Numbered from the stretch's first letter, positions 1 through 9,361 are shown. The stretch is 22,167 nucleotides of DNA from an archaeon (GCA_043813875.1 JBDRKP010000021.1:1-22167), one strand, 5' to 3'. Notes: a model not told the origin generated them from the letters alone. Numbers and translations: made by a program.

Positions 1-190
1 TTAATATGAGCTGAATTCCAGTGACAAGCGCAAAAATTCTTTCAATAATCGGAAACTGGTGTGGTTTTTTTAGCTTCAGCTATTTTGGCACATATAATTT
101 TAGCTTTTACTTTTGATTCAGAGACCAAATAAATCTCCTCTCACAAGGTATAACTTTTTTATGGTCTCTGTGCATTTCAATTATGTTAAA

Positions 191-198
191 TTATAAAC
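191..198 (+). promoter_or_regulatory. Candidate archaeal TATA box for the aro/tyr/phe operon
   Basis: TTATAAAC in AT-rich intergenic DNA about 80 nt upstream of the likely tyrA start; no clear BRE. Confidence 0.3.
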
Positions 199-275
199 TA
201 TGAATGGAAGAGAAGAAATGGAAGATGAAGGAAACAGTAGACGAAGGATGAAAAATGATGATGGTGGATGAAAAG

Positions 276-1049
276 ATGAAGACTGTTGCAGTTATCGGAT
301 TCGGAAGGTTCGGACAGATGGTGGCAGAGGTACTTTCGCAGTGCTTTGAGGTATATGCATACAATCCGCGCGATAAGAGCAAGATCGCAAAGGAGCTTGG
401 AATAAAATTCGAGCCGTCTCTTGAAAAAGCTGCAGGGAAGGACATAGTCATACTTTCAATGCCTATATCGTGTCTTTGCGATGTTTTGCGGGATATAGCG
501 CCGCATCTTAAGCCGGGTGCGCTGGTGCTTGATGTGTGTTCTGTCAAGGAGAAGCCTGCTATGCTCATGAAAAAGATGCTGCCAAAGGATGTGGATATAG
601 TCGCGACCCATCCATTATTCGGGCCATCTGTTAAAGTAGAGATTGTTAAGGGAAAGACTGTTTATGATATTGCTGATAAGAAGATAGTCCTCTGTCCTGT
701 GAGGACAAAAAAGCTTGATGTCGGGAAGTTGAAGGGATTTCTTGAAGAATTAGGACTTGTCGTGTATATCACAACTCCTGCTGAGCATGACAGGCAGATG
801 GCAATAGCGCAGGGGCTTACTCATTATATTGCGCTTGCACTCAGGAAGATGGGTGTGGGTGAGCAGGATCTTACGACGCCGAATTTTGATGCGCTGATCG
901 GGATCATCAAAAGGCTTGATAATGATACTGATGTGCTGCTGAAAGATATACAGGTGCAAAATAAGTATGCTTCAGAGCAGAGGAATATTTTCAGAAAGAC
1001 GCTTGATGAAGTTGAAAAAGATATTGATGGTTGTCAAAATGATGATTGA
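276..1049 (+). CDS. tyrA: Prephenate/arogenate dehydrogenase (no ACT domain)
   Basis: Rossmann GFGRFG, DVCSVK, HPLFGP and [14 protein letters not shown] motifs. Start placed at ATG 276 after GGTGG (263-267); the ORF is open from 255. Confidence 0.9.
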   Translation: MKTVAVIGFGRFGQMVAEVLSQCFEVYAYNPRDKSKIAKELGIKFEPSLEKAAGKDIVILSMPISCLCDVLRDIAPHLKPGALVLDVCSVKEKPAMLMKKMLPKDVDIVATHPLFGPSVKVEIVKGKTVYDIADKKIVLCPVRTKKLDVGKLKGFLEELGLVVYITTPAEHDRQMAIAQGLTHYIALALRKMGVGEQDLTTPNFDALIGIIKRLDNDTDVLLKDIQVQNKYASEQRNIFRKTLDEVEKDIDGCQNDD

Positions 1050-2592
1050 TGCAAATGGCCACAGGAAAGAGCTGAAGAAGATTGTCGTGAAAATCGGCGG
1101 GTCTGTGCTTAGTGATGATGAGTCGGTAATGAGACAGGCGAAGTGGATCAAAAAGATCGCAAAGGATGTGGAGACTCTTCATGTTGTCGTGTCTGCAAAG
1201 AAGGGAGTCACTGATTGCCTTGTGGAGGAGAGCCGTGCAATGTCTGATAAAAATAAGGCAGTCCACCAGATACAGGGTGAAATCGAGAGCGCAAAGAGAC
1301 TGACAGAGGAACTCAAGAAGATAGGCGTTGATTCAAAGCTGGTCATCCAGGGTACTAATGAATATCCCCTGGTTGCGAAGGGAGATTATCTTGAGGGTAT
1401 GATCGATCTTAAAAAGAGCAAGGAGCGCATACACAAGCTTGACCACAGGCTTTGCGTCATTGCGGGGTATGGCGCGGAAACCGAAGATGGAGATATAGTT
1501 CTCCTTGGCAGGAACTCTACAGATCTTGTGGCTGCTGCAATCGCCAATCTGGATAATGCTGATGCGATCATCTATCTTAAGGACACGCACGGGGTATTGC
1601 GCGATGTGTGCGACAAGGATTCGACCATCTCGCATATCTCTGTTGAAGTGCTCAAAAGAAATATCAATGAGAACAAGTGGGAAGTGCTGCATCCGAAAAC
1701 ACTTGATTTCATCCATCCTAATATTATCGGCATAGTCCAGAAACACACACAACCGATTGGAAAAAACAGTACAATAATTCATGGAGGCGTATCGAGAATG
1801 ATAGGAAAGACTATAAGAATTGAAAGAATATTAAACCGCGACACAGGTAAAACAGTGATCATACCGCTTGATCATGGTGTGACTATAGGCCCATGCGATG
1901 GCCTGTTGGATATGGGAAAGACTGTCGACAAGGTGGCTGAAGGCGGGGCGAATGCAGTGCTTGGGCATGTAGGGCTGCCGCTGCATGGACATCGCGGATA
2001 TGGGCGGGATGTGGGATTGATATTGCATCTTTCGTCGAGCACGACACTTGCGCCTGATCCTAATACTAAGGTGCTTACGGGGTCTGTCGAGCAGGCGATC
2101 AAGATGGGGGCTGATGCAGTTTCAGTGCATGTTAATGTGGGTGCTCTGGATGAGTCGAAGATGCTTTCTGATCTTGGAGCCATATCGCAGAAGTGCATGG
2201 AATGGGGAATGCCGCTACTTGCGATGATGTACCCTAGAGGCCCGAATATCAAGAATCCGCATGATGTGGCTGTTGTGAAGCATGCGGTCAGGATCGCTGC
2301 CGAGCTTGGGGTTGATATCATCAAGACCAATTATACCGGCGATGCGAAAAGTTTCAAGGAAGTCGTGGACGGCGCAATGGGTGTGCCTGTTGTTATCGCA
2401 GGCGGAGCCAAGGGCGGAGATCTTGAAACTTTGAAGATGGTCGAGGGCGCTATCAGGGCAGGCGGCGCTGGTGTCGCTATGGGCAGGAACGCTTTCCAGC
2501 ACGAGAATCCGGTCAAGCTGGTCAGGGCGGTGTGCGCAATCGTGCATGAAGGAAAAAGCGCAGAAGAGGCTATGAAGATCGTCATGAAATGA
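1039..2592 (+). CDS. Fusion of an N-terminal aspartokinase-like (amino acid kinase) domain and a C-terminal 2-amino-3,7-dideoxy-D-threo-hept-6-ulosonate (ADH) synthase (class I DhnA-type aldolase, MJ0400/AroA' family)
   Basis: N-half: [43 protein letters not shown]-half from Met 1798: [23 protein letters not shown], Schiff-base DIIKTNY, IAGG, GRNAFQ. No stop between the halves; start overlaps the tyrA end; adjacent to DHQ synthase II. Confidence 0.85.
   Translation: MMIDANGHRKELKKIVVKIGGSVLSDDESVMRQAKWIKKIAKDVETLHVVVSAKKGVTDCLVEESRAMSDKNKAVHQIQGEIESAKRLTEELKKIGVDSKLVIQGTNEYPLVAKGDYLEGMIDLKKSKERIHKLDHRLCVIAGYGAETEDGDIVLLGRNSTDLVAAAIANLDNADAIIYLKDTHGVLRDVCDKDSTISHISVEVLKRNINENKWEVLHPKTLDFIHPNIIGIVQKHTQPIGKNSTIIHGGVSRMIGKTIRIERILNRDTGKTVIIPLDHGVTIGPCDGLLDMGKTVDKVAEGGANAVLGHVGLPLHGHRGYGRDVGLILHLSSSTTLAPDPNTKVLTGSVEQAIKMGADAVSVHVNVGALDESKMLSDLGAISQKCMEWGMPLLAMMYPRGPNIKNPHDVAVVKHAVRIAAELGVDIIKTNYTGDAKSFKEVVDGAMGVPVVIAGGAKGGDLETLKMVEGAIRAGGAGVAMGRNAFQHENPVKLVRAVCAIVHEGKSAEEAMKIVMK
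1783..1800 (+). promoter_or_regulatory. Internal RBS (GGAGG) and in-frame ATG at the ADH synthase domain start
   Basis: GGAGG 1783-1787, then ATG 1798 beginning the family-typical MIGK.IR N-terminus. Confidence 0.55.
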
Positions 2593-2634
2593 TTTAAATC
2601 TCCTGGACTCTATATAGAGTAAAAGGTGAAATGA

Positions 2635-3627
2635 ATGAAAACGTTTTGGGTAGATGCAAGAAAATGGGATAAGAAGATAGTCACTACTGCGCTTGAATCC
2701 GGCGCTGATGCTGTTGTCGTTGAAAAAGGATTTACGGGCAAGGTGAAGGAGCTTGGCGTGATCAAGACAGTATCTGTCGACGGCGATATCAAGCTCGGGA
2801 AGGATGTGCTGGAGCTTGAGATCAATACCAAAGAGGATGAGATCAAGGCAGCGAAGCTTGGAAAGACGAAGACCGTGATTCTGAAAACAAAGGACTGGAC
2901 TATCATCCCGCTTGAGAATCTTATCGCCCAGAACGTAGGGATAATCGCCAATGTCAAGGATTCAAAGGAAGCGAAGGTTGCACTTGAGATACTTGAAAAG
3001 GGTGTCAATGGAGTGCTTCTTGTGACAGCGGATCTCAATGAGATCAAGAGGACAGGAAAAATCGTGAATGAGAATCAGGAGAAGATATCTCTTGTCAAGG
3101 CCAGGGTCACGAAAATAGAGGCTGTCGGTTCCGGTGACAGGGTCTGCATAGATACCTGTACGAACATGAAGGAAGGGGAAGGCATGCTTGTGGGGAATTC
3201 AAGTTCTGGCATGTTTTTAGTGCATTCTGAGAGTGTCGAGAACCCGTATGTCGCTGCAAGGCCGTTCAGGGTGAATGCAGGCGGAGTCCATGCATATGTC
3301 AAGGTGCCAGGCAACATGACAAAGTACCTGTCTGATATCAAATCAGGGGATAAGGTGCTTGTAATTGATTCTCTTGGCAATACACAGGAAGCGATTGTCG
3401 GCAGGAATAAGATCGAGAGGCGACCTATGATGCTTGTCGAAGCGGATGCTGCGGGTAAGAATGTGTCGCTGATATTGCAGAATGCGGAGACCATACGCCT
3501 CGTCAAGCCTAGCGGCAAGCCGGTATCTATCGTGAAGCTGAAGGTCGGCGATGAGGTGCTTGCGTATACTGAGAGCGCTGGCAGGCATTTCGGGATGAAG
3601 ATCGATGAGACTATAAAGGAAAAGTGA
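2635..3627 (+). CDS. 3-dehydroquinate synthase II (MJ1249/AroB' family)
   Basis: WTIIPLENLIA, GDRVCIDTC, RPFRVNAGGVHAY, LQNAETIRLV, GRHFG motifs; GGTGA RBS at 2625-2629. Confidence 0.93.
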   Translation: MKTFWVDARKWDKKIVTTALESGADAVVVEKGFTGKVKELGVIKTVSVDGDIKLGKDVLELEINTKEDEIKAAKLGKTKTVILKTKDWTIIPLENLIAQNVGIIANVKDSKEAKVALEILEKGVNGVLLVTADLNEIKRTGKIVNENQEKISLVKARVTKIEAVGSGDRVCIDTCTNMKEGEGMLVGNSSSGMFLVHSESVENPYVAARPFRVNAGGVHAYVKVPGNMTKYLSDIKSGDKVLVIDSLGNTQEAIVGRNKIERRPMMLVEADAAGKNVSLILQNAETIRLVKPSGKPVSIVKLKVGDEVLAYTESAGRHFGMKIDETIKEK

Positions 3628-3647
3628 GATTTTTATGTTGTGATTTG

Positions 3648-3914
3648 ATGGAACTTGAAGACCTTAGGAAGCAGATTGATGAACTTGATGAATTGCTGCT
3701 TGAAGTGATGTCGAAACGGTTGTCTCTTATGCCCAGGGTTGCAGAGATAAAGCGCTGTCGCGGTATCGATATCGACCAGCAGGACAGGGAGAGGCAGCTG
3801 GTTGAGAATATCCGAAGAAAGGCAAAACAGAAGGGTCTTGATCCTGATTTTATCGAGAGGATAATCACTGAAATCATAAAAGAGTCAAAAAGTATACAGA
3901 AAAAGAACATGTGA
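3648..3914 (+). CDS. Stand-alone chorismate mutase (AroQ type)
   Basis: LEDLRKQIDELD..LL...KR......VAEIK and D.DRE motifs, ending ESKSIQ; ATG 3648 (alternative GTG 3624). Confidence 0.88.
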   Translation: MELEDLRKQIDELDELLLEVMSKRLSLMPRVAEIKRCRGIDIDQQDRERQLVENIRRKAKQKGLDPDFIERIITEIIKESKSIQKKNM

Positions 3915-5215
3915 GAATGATGCTTGAAATAAAAAAAGCTTTGAAGCCGTTTGATGCGGTGGTGAAGGCGCCTCCGTCGAAAAGCTATACCAACCGGGCT
4001 TTGCTGATTGCTGCGCTTTCGGGCGGGAAGACAGTGATATTGAATGCGCTTGAGAGCGATGATACTAAGTATATGGAAGAGGCATTGAGGCAGCTTGGCA
4101 TTGATGTCGAGAAGAAAGGCGATACTTATACTGTCTTCGGGAAAGGCGGCAGGCTGGAGACTCCGGAAGAGCCGATATATCTTGGCAATGCCGGGACCGC
4201 GATGAGGTTCCTGACTACTGCCTCTGCGCTGGTCGACTCGGGCCATGTCATCCTCAAGGGTAATGAGAGGATGAGTGAGCGCCCCATGGGTGATCTGCTT
4301 CTAGCATTGAAATTGATCGGCGTGAATGCGCATTCGGTGATGAATAATGGCTGCCCTCCTGTGGTTGTGGAAGGCGGTGGGATTGCCGGAGGGATGACGA
4401 AGATCAACGGGGATAAGAGTTCGCAGTATTTCACTTCGATACTCCTTTCTGCTCCTTATGCGAAGAAGGATGTTGTGATAAAGACGGTCGGGGAGCTTAC
4501 GTCGAAGCCTTATATCGATATGACTATCTCTTCCATGAGGGAGTTTGGCGTCAATGTCGAGAATGAGGATTATCGCTCGTTCAAGGTGAAGGCCCGGCAG
4601 ACGTATTATGCGCGCGATTATATTGTGGAGGGTGATTATTCGAGCGCTTCATATCTTTTTGCGGCTGCTGCGGTGACGGGGAGCAGGATCAGGGTCACGG
4701 GCATCAATCCGAATTCTGCGCAGGGGGATAAGGATTTTGTTGATGCGCTTGTCAGGATGGGCTGCTCAAAGGATACTGGCAATGACTGGATCGAGATACG
4801 CGGGCCTCAAAAGCTGAAGGCTATACCCGAGATTGACATGAATCATATGCCTGATGTCGCTATGACGCTTGCTGTGGTTGCGGCGTTCGCTATAGGTACG
4901 ACGAAAATAGTGAATGTCGCGAATATGCGCATAAAGGAGACTGACAGGATCAAGGCAACTGTTGCTGAGCTTAAGAAGACAGGCGTGAATGCTGAGGAGC
5001 TACCTGATGGGATGATTGTTGAAGGCGGGACGCCGCATGGAGCGCTGATTGAGACTTATGATGATCACAGGATTGCGATGTGTTTTGCGGTTCTTGGTCT
5101 TGTGGCGGAAGGTATTGTCCTTACCGATGAGAAGTGCGTCTCAAAGACTTATCCTGATTTTTTTGAAGTGATTGAAGATATGGTCAAACAAAAGACAACC
5201 GGTGTGATGGAATGA
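3911..5215 (+). CDS. aroA: EPSP synthase (3-phosphoshikimate 1-carboxyvinyltransferase)
   Basis: PPSKSYTNR, LGNAGTAMRFL, SSQY, RIKETDRI, DDHRIAM motifs; true start may be ATG 3917 or 3920. Confidence 0.95.
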   Translation: MRMMLEIKKALKPFDAVVKAPPSKSYTNRALLIAALSGGKTVILNALESDDTKYMEEALRQLGIDVEKKGDTYTVFGKGGRLETPEEPIYLGNAGTAMRFLTTASALVDSGHVILKGNERMSERPMGDLLLALKLIGVNAHSVMNNGCPPVVVEGGGIAGGMTKINGDKSSQYFTSILLSAPYAKKDVVIKTVGELTSKPYIDMTISSMREFGVNVENEDYRSFKVKARQTYYARDYIVEGDYSSASYLFAAAAVTGSRIRVTGINPNSAQGDKDFVDALVRMGCSKDTGNDWIEIRGPQKLKAIPEIDMNHMPDVAMTLAVVAAFAIGTTKIVNVANMRIKETDRIKATVAELKKTGVNAEELPDGMIVEGGTPHGALIETYDDHRIAMCFAVLGLVAEGIVLTDEKCVSKTYPDFFEVIEDMVKQKTTGVME

Positions 5216-6015
5216 AGATAAGCATACTTGGCCCTCGCGGCACGTTCAGCCATGAGGCTGCGCTTGTGTATGACAAGAGCGCTCGCCTTTTATTTGAGAA
5301 TACGATATATGATGTGTTTGATGCGCTTGACAAGGGGAAGGCGGATGCTGCCCTGGTCCCGATTGAGAATTCGACGTCGGGGACGGTTGGTGAGACGCTT
5401 GATGCGCTTGTTGATTTTGACCTTGTGATCAGCAGGGTCATATATCTTAAGGTGGAGCATAATCTTATCGGGGTCAAGTTGGATGGTATCAGGAAGCTTT
5501 ATGTACATCCGCAGGCGCATGCGCAGTGCAGGAATTATATCAGGAAGAATTTTTCGGATGCCGAGATCATACATACTTCGAGCAATGCGGCGTCTGCGAA
5601 GCTTGCAGGGAATGATGATGAAGGGGCGATCGCTCCGACCATTGCGGCAGAGATCTACGGGAAGAATATCATTGAAAAGAAGGTACAGGACAACGGGCAG
5701 AATGTCACTATCTTTGCTGTGCTGAAGGAGGCTTATGGCAGAAGCACGGGAAATGACCGGACGTTTGTTGTGTTCAATTGCGTTGACAGGCCAGGGATAC
5801 TTCATGAGATTCTCGGGGTGTTTGCCAAGAGGAATGTGAATCTTTCGAAAATCGAGTCGCGCCCGAATAAGAAGAAGATGGGCGAATATATATTCTATGT
5901 GGAATTCGGCGGCCATCCTGATGACGAGAATGTGAAAGAGATACTTCTTGAGCTTGCGAAGAAAGTGGTTTTCCAAAAGGTGCTTGGGGCATATCCCGCG
6001 GGTGGGGTTAAATGA
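5212..6015 (+). CDS. pheA: Prephenate dehydratase with C-terminal ACT domain
   Basis: LGPRGTFSHEAA, VPIENSTSG, HPQAHAQCR, DRPGIL, NLSKIESRP; ATGA overlap with aroA. Confidence 0.93.
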   Translation: MKISILGPRGTFSHEAALVYDKSARLLFENTIYDVFDALDKGKADAALVPIENSTSGTVGETLDALVDFDLVISRVIYLKVEHNLIGVKLDGIRKLYVHPQAHAQCRNYIRKNFSDAEIIHTSSNAASAKLAGNDDEGAIAPTIAAEIYGKNIIEKKVQDNGQNVTIFAVLKEAYGRSTGNDRTFVVFNCVDRPGILHEILGVFAKRNVNLSKIESRPNKKKMGEYIFYVEFGGHPDDENVKEILLELAKKVVFQKVLGAYPAGGVK

Positions 6016-6683
6016 TTGCGATACCGATTACCTCAAAGACTGTCGATTCTGCGCTGAAGGATATCCGGCTTGCCGAGAAGTCAGGTGCTGATGTTGTCGA
6101 ATTGCGGCTGGATTATATCCCAACGCTTGGAGATGGCGAACTCATGAGGATGATGAGGGCTTCTAAGCTTTTGAAGATCGTCACTGTGAGGCGCAAGGCG
6201 GATGGCGGCCATTTCACCGGCACTGAGAAGGAGCGGCTCAGGGTTCTTAAAAAGGCGTGTGAGCTGGGTGCTGATTATGTTGATGTTGAGCTTGATGCTG
6301 ATATCGGCGTGTTCAAGGATGCCGGTGTGAAGACTATCTGTTCGTATCATGATTTCAGTGAGACTCCGCGTGTCGATGACCTTTTGGCTGTCCTTGAGTC
6401 GTGTCTTTTGAAGGGACCGGATGTGGTAAAGATTGTCACGATGGCAAATAAGTATAATGACAATGTGAAGATTTTTGAGTTTCTTGAGAAATCGAAGGTG
6501 ATTGCCGGGGATGTTAAGGTCATTTCTTTCTGCATGGGGGAGAAGGGGAAGCTGAGCCGCGCGTTGTGCGTGAAGTTCGGCAGTTTTCTTACGTTCGCTT
6601 CGCTTGGGTGCGGCAAGGAGTCTGCGCTTGGGCAAATCGATATCAATCTTATGAAGGAGTTCATGGAGGTTGTTGTCTCGTGA
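6012..6683 (+). CDS. aroD: Type I 3-dehydroquinate dehydratase
   Basis: DVVELRLD, YVDVEL, SYHDFSETP, VVKIV, FCMGEKGKLSR, ALGQI; ATGA overlap with pheA. Confidence 0.92.
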   Translation: MIAIPITSKTVDSALKDIRLAEKSGADVVELRLDYIPTLGDGELMRMMRASKLLKIVTVRRKADGGHFTGTEKERLRVLKKACELGADYVDVELDADIGVFKDAGVKTICSYHDFSETPRVDDLLAVLESCLLKGPDVVKIVTMANKYNDNVKIFEFLEKSKVIAGDVKVISFCMGEKGKLSRALCVKFGSFLTFASLGCGKESALGQIDINLMKEFMEVVVS

Positions 6684-7519
6684 TCAGTTCTTTGACTAAA
6701 ATTGTTGGCGTTATCGGGAATCCTATCGAGCATAGCATGTCGCCTGCTATGCATAATGCGGCTTTTTTGAAGATGGGTGTGGATTTTGTGTATCTTGCAT
6801 TCAGGGTGACTGATCTAAAAGGGGCAGTTAAGGGTATGAGGGCTTTGGGTATCAGGGGCTATAATGTGACTATTCCTTTCAAGGTTGATGTCATGAAGCA
6901 TCTTGATGAGGTTGATCCGCTTGCTTGCAAGATCGGTGCTGTGAATACTGTTGTGAATGATGGCGGTGTGCTTACCGGGTATAATACTGATTGCTCCGGG
7001 GCGGTTTCTGCGCTTGAAGGTAAGATCAGGCTCAAGGGGAAGAAGGTGATGGTTCTTGGGGCTGGCGGGGCTGCACGCGCTGTGGCGTTCGGCGTGGCTG
7101 ATAAGGGCGCGGATGTCGTTGTTGTGAATCGCAGTCCTCAGAAAGGGATGGAATTGACAGAGGATGTCAATCAATATTTTAAGGGGCGGGCGAATTTTGT
7201 CCCGTTTGACGGGCTGGCTGATGGGGTGATGGATGATTTTGATGTCCTGGTCAATACGACGTCTGTTGGGATGTATCCTGATGTTTCCAAGTCGCCGGTG
7301 AAGAAGGGTATTTTGAAGAAGGGTCTTGTTGTCATGGATGTCGTGTATAATCCTATCGAGACGCGTCTGCTTTCGGATGCCAAGTCAGTCGGCTGCGTGA
7401 CGATTAAGGGGATCGAGATGTTTGTCAACCAGGGGGCTTTAGCTTTTGAGCTGTTTACAGGGAAGAAGGCGCCGAAGGATGTCATGAGGGATGCTGTTTT
7501 GAAGATGCTTCCAGTTTAA
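6680..7519 (+). CDS. aroE: Shikimate dehydrogenase
   Basis: GNPIEHSMSPAMHN, NVTIPFK, IGAVNT, GYNTD, GAGGAARA, DVVYNP; GTG 6680 overlaps the aroD stop, RBS GGAGGT 6665-6670. Confidence 0.95.
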   Translation: MISSLTKIVGVIGNPIEHSMSPAMHNAAFLKMGVDFVYLAFRVTDLKGAVKGMRALGIRGYNVTIPFKVDVMKHLDEVDPLACKIGAVNTVVNDGGVLTGYNTDCSGAVSALEGKIRLKGKKVMVLGAGGAARAVAFGVADKGADVVVVNRSPQKGMELTEDVNQYFKGRANFVPFDGLADGVMDDFDVLVNTTSVGMYPDVSKSPVKKGILKKGLVVMDVVYNPIETRLLSDAKSVGCVTIKGIEMFVNQGALAFELFTGKKAPKDVMRDAVLKMLPV

Positions 7520-7536
7520 GATGCTCTTCTTTGAAT

Positions 7537-7663
7537 ATTTTTTATTGTGTATAAAGTATGTCTTGACAATAAAAATCATCTCGCCTCGCTCGAAGCTTTT
7601 CAGCAAAGCTGCAAAAGCGTGAAATGTCCCTGTCACCTCAAAATTTCATGATTTTTTATTGTG
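7537..7663. repeat. Structured intergenic element with inverted repeats, an internal hairpin and 13-nt direct repeats (MITE-like or cis-regulatory RNA)
   Basis: ACAATAAAAATCAT (7566-7579) is complementary to ATGATTTTTTATTGT (7648-7662) with one extra T; hairpin GCTTTTCAGC-AAA-GCTGCAAAAGC (7595-7618); TGAAAT/ATTTCA (7620-7625/7643-7648); ATTTTTTATTGTG at 7537 and 7651. Confidence 0.55.
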
Positions 7664-7733
7664 ATGCATGATGGTGTCTTTTTGTGACTATCCTGGCATA
7701 AGGAATAAATACTTCGTTCCCGAATTATATTAA

Positions 7734-8267
7734 ATGAAGAATATCGTTCTTGTCGGTTACAGGTGCACGGGGAAGACTGAAGCCGGGAAAAAGGTTGCGC
7801 TTGAGCTTGGTTTCCAGTTCATCGATACTGACAGATGGATCGAAAAGGATGCGGGGACGGATATATCCCGGTTCGTGTCTAAGTACGGGTGGGATGAGTT
7901 TCGGGAGCTTGAGCGCAAGATTGTTGCGCGCGCATCAAGGCAGACCGGTGCTGTCATCTCTGCCGGCGGCGGAACTGTGCTTGATGATGATAATGTCTTT
8001 AATCTCAAGAGGAACGGCGTTGTGTTCTGGCTTGGCGCCAGGCCGGAGGTCATATTTCAGCGGATGAATGCGGATCCGAAATCAGATACGCAGCGCCCGA
8101 GCCTTACTGACGGGAAAGATGCGCTGGCAGAGATTGAAGAGACGCTTGGCGAGCGGCTCGAGAAGTACGAGAGGGCGTCGGATCATAAGATCGATACAAG
8201 CGATATTGGAATCGAGGATGTTGTGAAAAAGATTGTCAGGATATATAGGAATAGTACAAAATTATGA
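7734..8267 (+). CDS. aroK: Shikimate kinase, bacterial P-loop AroK/AroL type
   Basis: Walker A GYRCTGKT, DTD, GWDEFRELE, SAGGG, RP lid motif; no RBS, AATAAATA about 25 nt upstream suggests a leaderless transcript. Confidence 0.92.
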   Translation: MKNIVLVGYRCTGKTEAGKKVALELGFQFIDTDRWIEKDAGTDISRFVSKYGWDEFRELERKIVARASRQTGAVISAGGGTVLDDDNVFNLKRNGVVFWLGARPEVIFQRMNADPKSDTQRPSLTDGKDALAEIEETLGERLEKYERASDHKIDTSDIGIEDVVKKIVRIYRNSTKL

Positions 8268-8284
8268 AATGAGAGGTAATCATC

Positions 8285-9361
8285 ATGGGTGGAAATACTT
8301 TCGGTACGATATTTAAGGCAACCACTTTCGGTGAGTCGCACGGGAATGCTGTCGGTGTGGTTGTTGACGGATGTCCTGCAGGGCTTTTGCTTGATGTTTC
8401 TGATATCCAGAAGGAGCTTGATCGGAGGAAGCCGGGGCAGAGCGGGATTACTACGCAGCGCAAGGAAGATGATGTGGCTGAGATACTTTCGGGAGTTTTT
8501 GCAGGAAAGACGCTTGGAACTCCTATTGCTATCATTGTCCGTAATAAGGACCAGAAGTCGAAGGATTATGAGAGACTGAAGGATGTATTCAGGCCTGGCA
8601 CTGCTGATTTTACATACTGTTCGAAGTATGGTCTCCGTGATTATCGCGGCGGGGGGAGAGCGTCAGGCAGGGAGACTGTCGGTCGTGTTGCTGCAGGGGC
8701 TATCGCAAAGAAGATTCTTGCTTTGAAAGGTACACGGATTGTCGCTCATACGAAAGAGGTCTGTGGCATCAGGGCGAAAACGTTTGATGAGTCTGTTATC
8801 GAAAAGAATCCTGTGAGGTGCGCTGATGGGAAGGCTGCGGCGCTGATGGAGAAGAAGATTGCCGGGGCTGCCAGGGCAGGTGATTCTGTCGGCGGGATTG
8901 TCGAGGTCATCGCAAGGAGTCCGCCGTGCAATCTTGGTGAGCCTGTTTTTGATAAGCTTGATGCTGATATTGCGAAAGCGCTTATGTCTATCGGCGCGGT
9001 CAAGGGTGTCGAGATTGGCGAGGGTTTCAATGTGTCGAATATGCTTGGGTCAGATGATAATGATGTCCTGCATTATGACGGGAAGCGGGTGCGACACCAG
9101 ACTAATCATGCCGGCGGGATAGTCGGCGGCATCGCCAATGGTGAGGATATTGTGGTCCGGATCGCTGTCAAGCCGACGCCGTCTGTCTTCAAGGAGCAGG
9201 TCATGATGGATGTCAAGTGCCAACAGAAGAAGATGGCAATTGAAGGGCGGCATGATCCGTGCATCTGCCCGCGTATCGTGCCTGTGGCTGAGGCGATGGT
9301 TGCGCTTGTGCTTGTCGATCATATGCTGCGCGCGAGGGTTGCAAGAGTTGATGAGTTATGA
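8285..9361 (+). CDS. aroC: Chorismate synthase
   Basis: [37 protein letters not shown] motifs; GAGGT RBS. Confidence 0.96.
   Translation: MGGNTFGTIFKATTFGESHGNAVGVVVDGCPAGLLLDVSDIQKELDRRKPGQSGITTQRKEDDVAEILSGVFAGKTLGTPIAIIVRNKDQKSKDYERLKDVFRPGTADFTYCSKYGLRDYRGGGRASGRETVGRVAAGAIAKKILALKGTRIVAHTKEVCGIRAKTFDESVIEKNPVRCADGKAAALMEKKIAGAARAGDSVGGIVEVIARSPPCNLGEPVFDKLDADIAKALMSIGAVKGVEIGEGFNVSNMLGSDDNDVLHYDGKRVRHQTNHAGGIVGGIANGEDIVVRIAVKPTPSVFKEQVMMDVKCQQKKMAIEGRHDPCICPRIVPVAEAMVALVLVDHMLRARVARVDEL

Noticed and set aside
1..140. Possible gene fragment at the window start (minus-strand GAGGAG followed by TTG)
   Set aside because: That frame stops after about 28 codons and the other frames I read are also interrupted; no recognisable product
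967..1038. N-terminal extension of the fusion ORF in the ORF track
   Set aside because: Overlaps tyrA by about 80 nt; ATG 1039/1042 at the tyrA end fits the coupling pattern
1798..2592. Calling the aldolase domain a glycolytic fructose-bisphosphate aldolase
   Set aside because: Same family, but adjacency to DHQ synthase II inside an aro cluster favours ADH synthase
2631..2672. Out-of-frame ATG 4 nt before the DHQ synthase II start (MNENVLGRCKKMG)
   Set aside because: Only 1 nt from the RBS and no aromatic codons; it does show such overlaps arise by chance, which tempers the trpE micro-ORF claim
6566..6679. Long N-terminal extension of aroE
   Set aside because: Lies within aroD; GTG 6680 has a strong RBS
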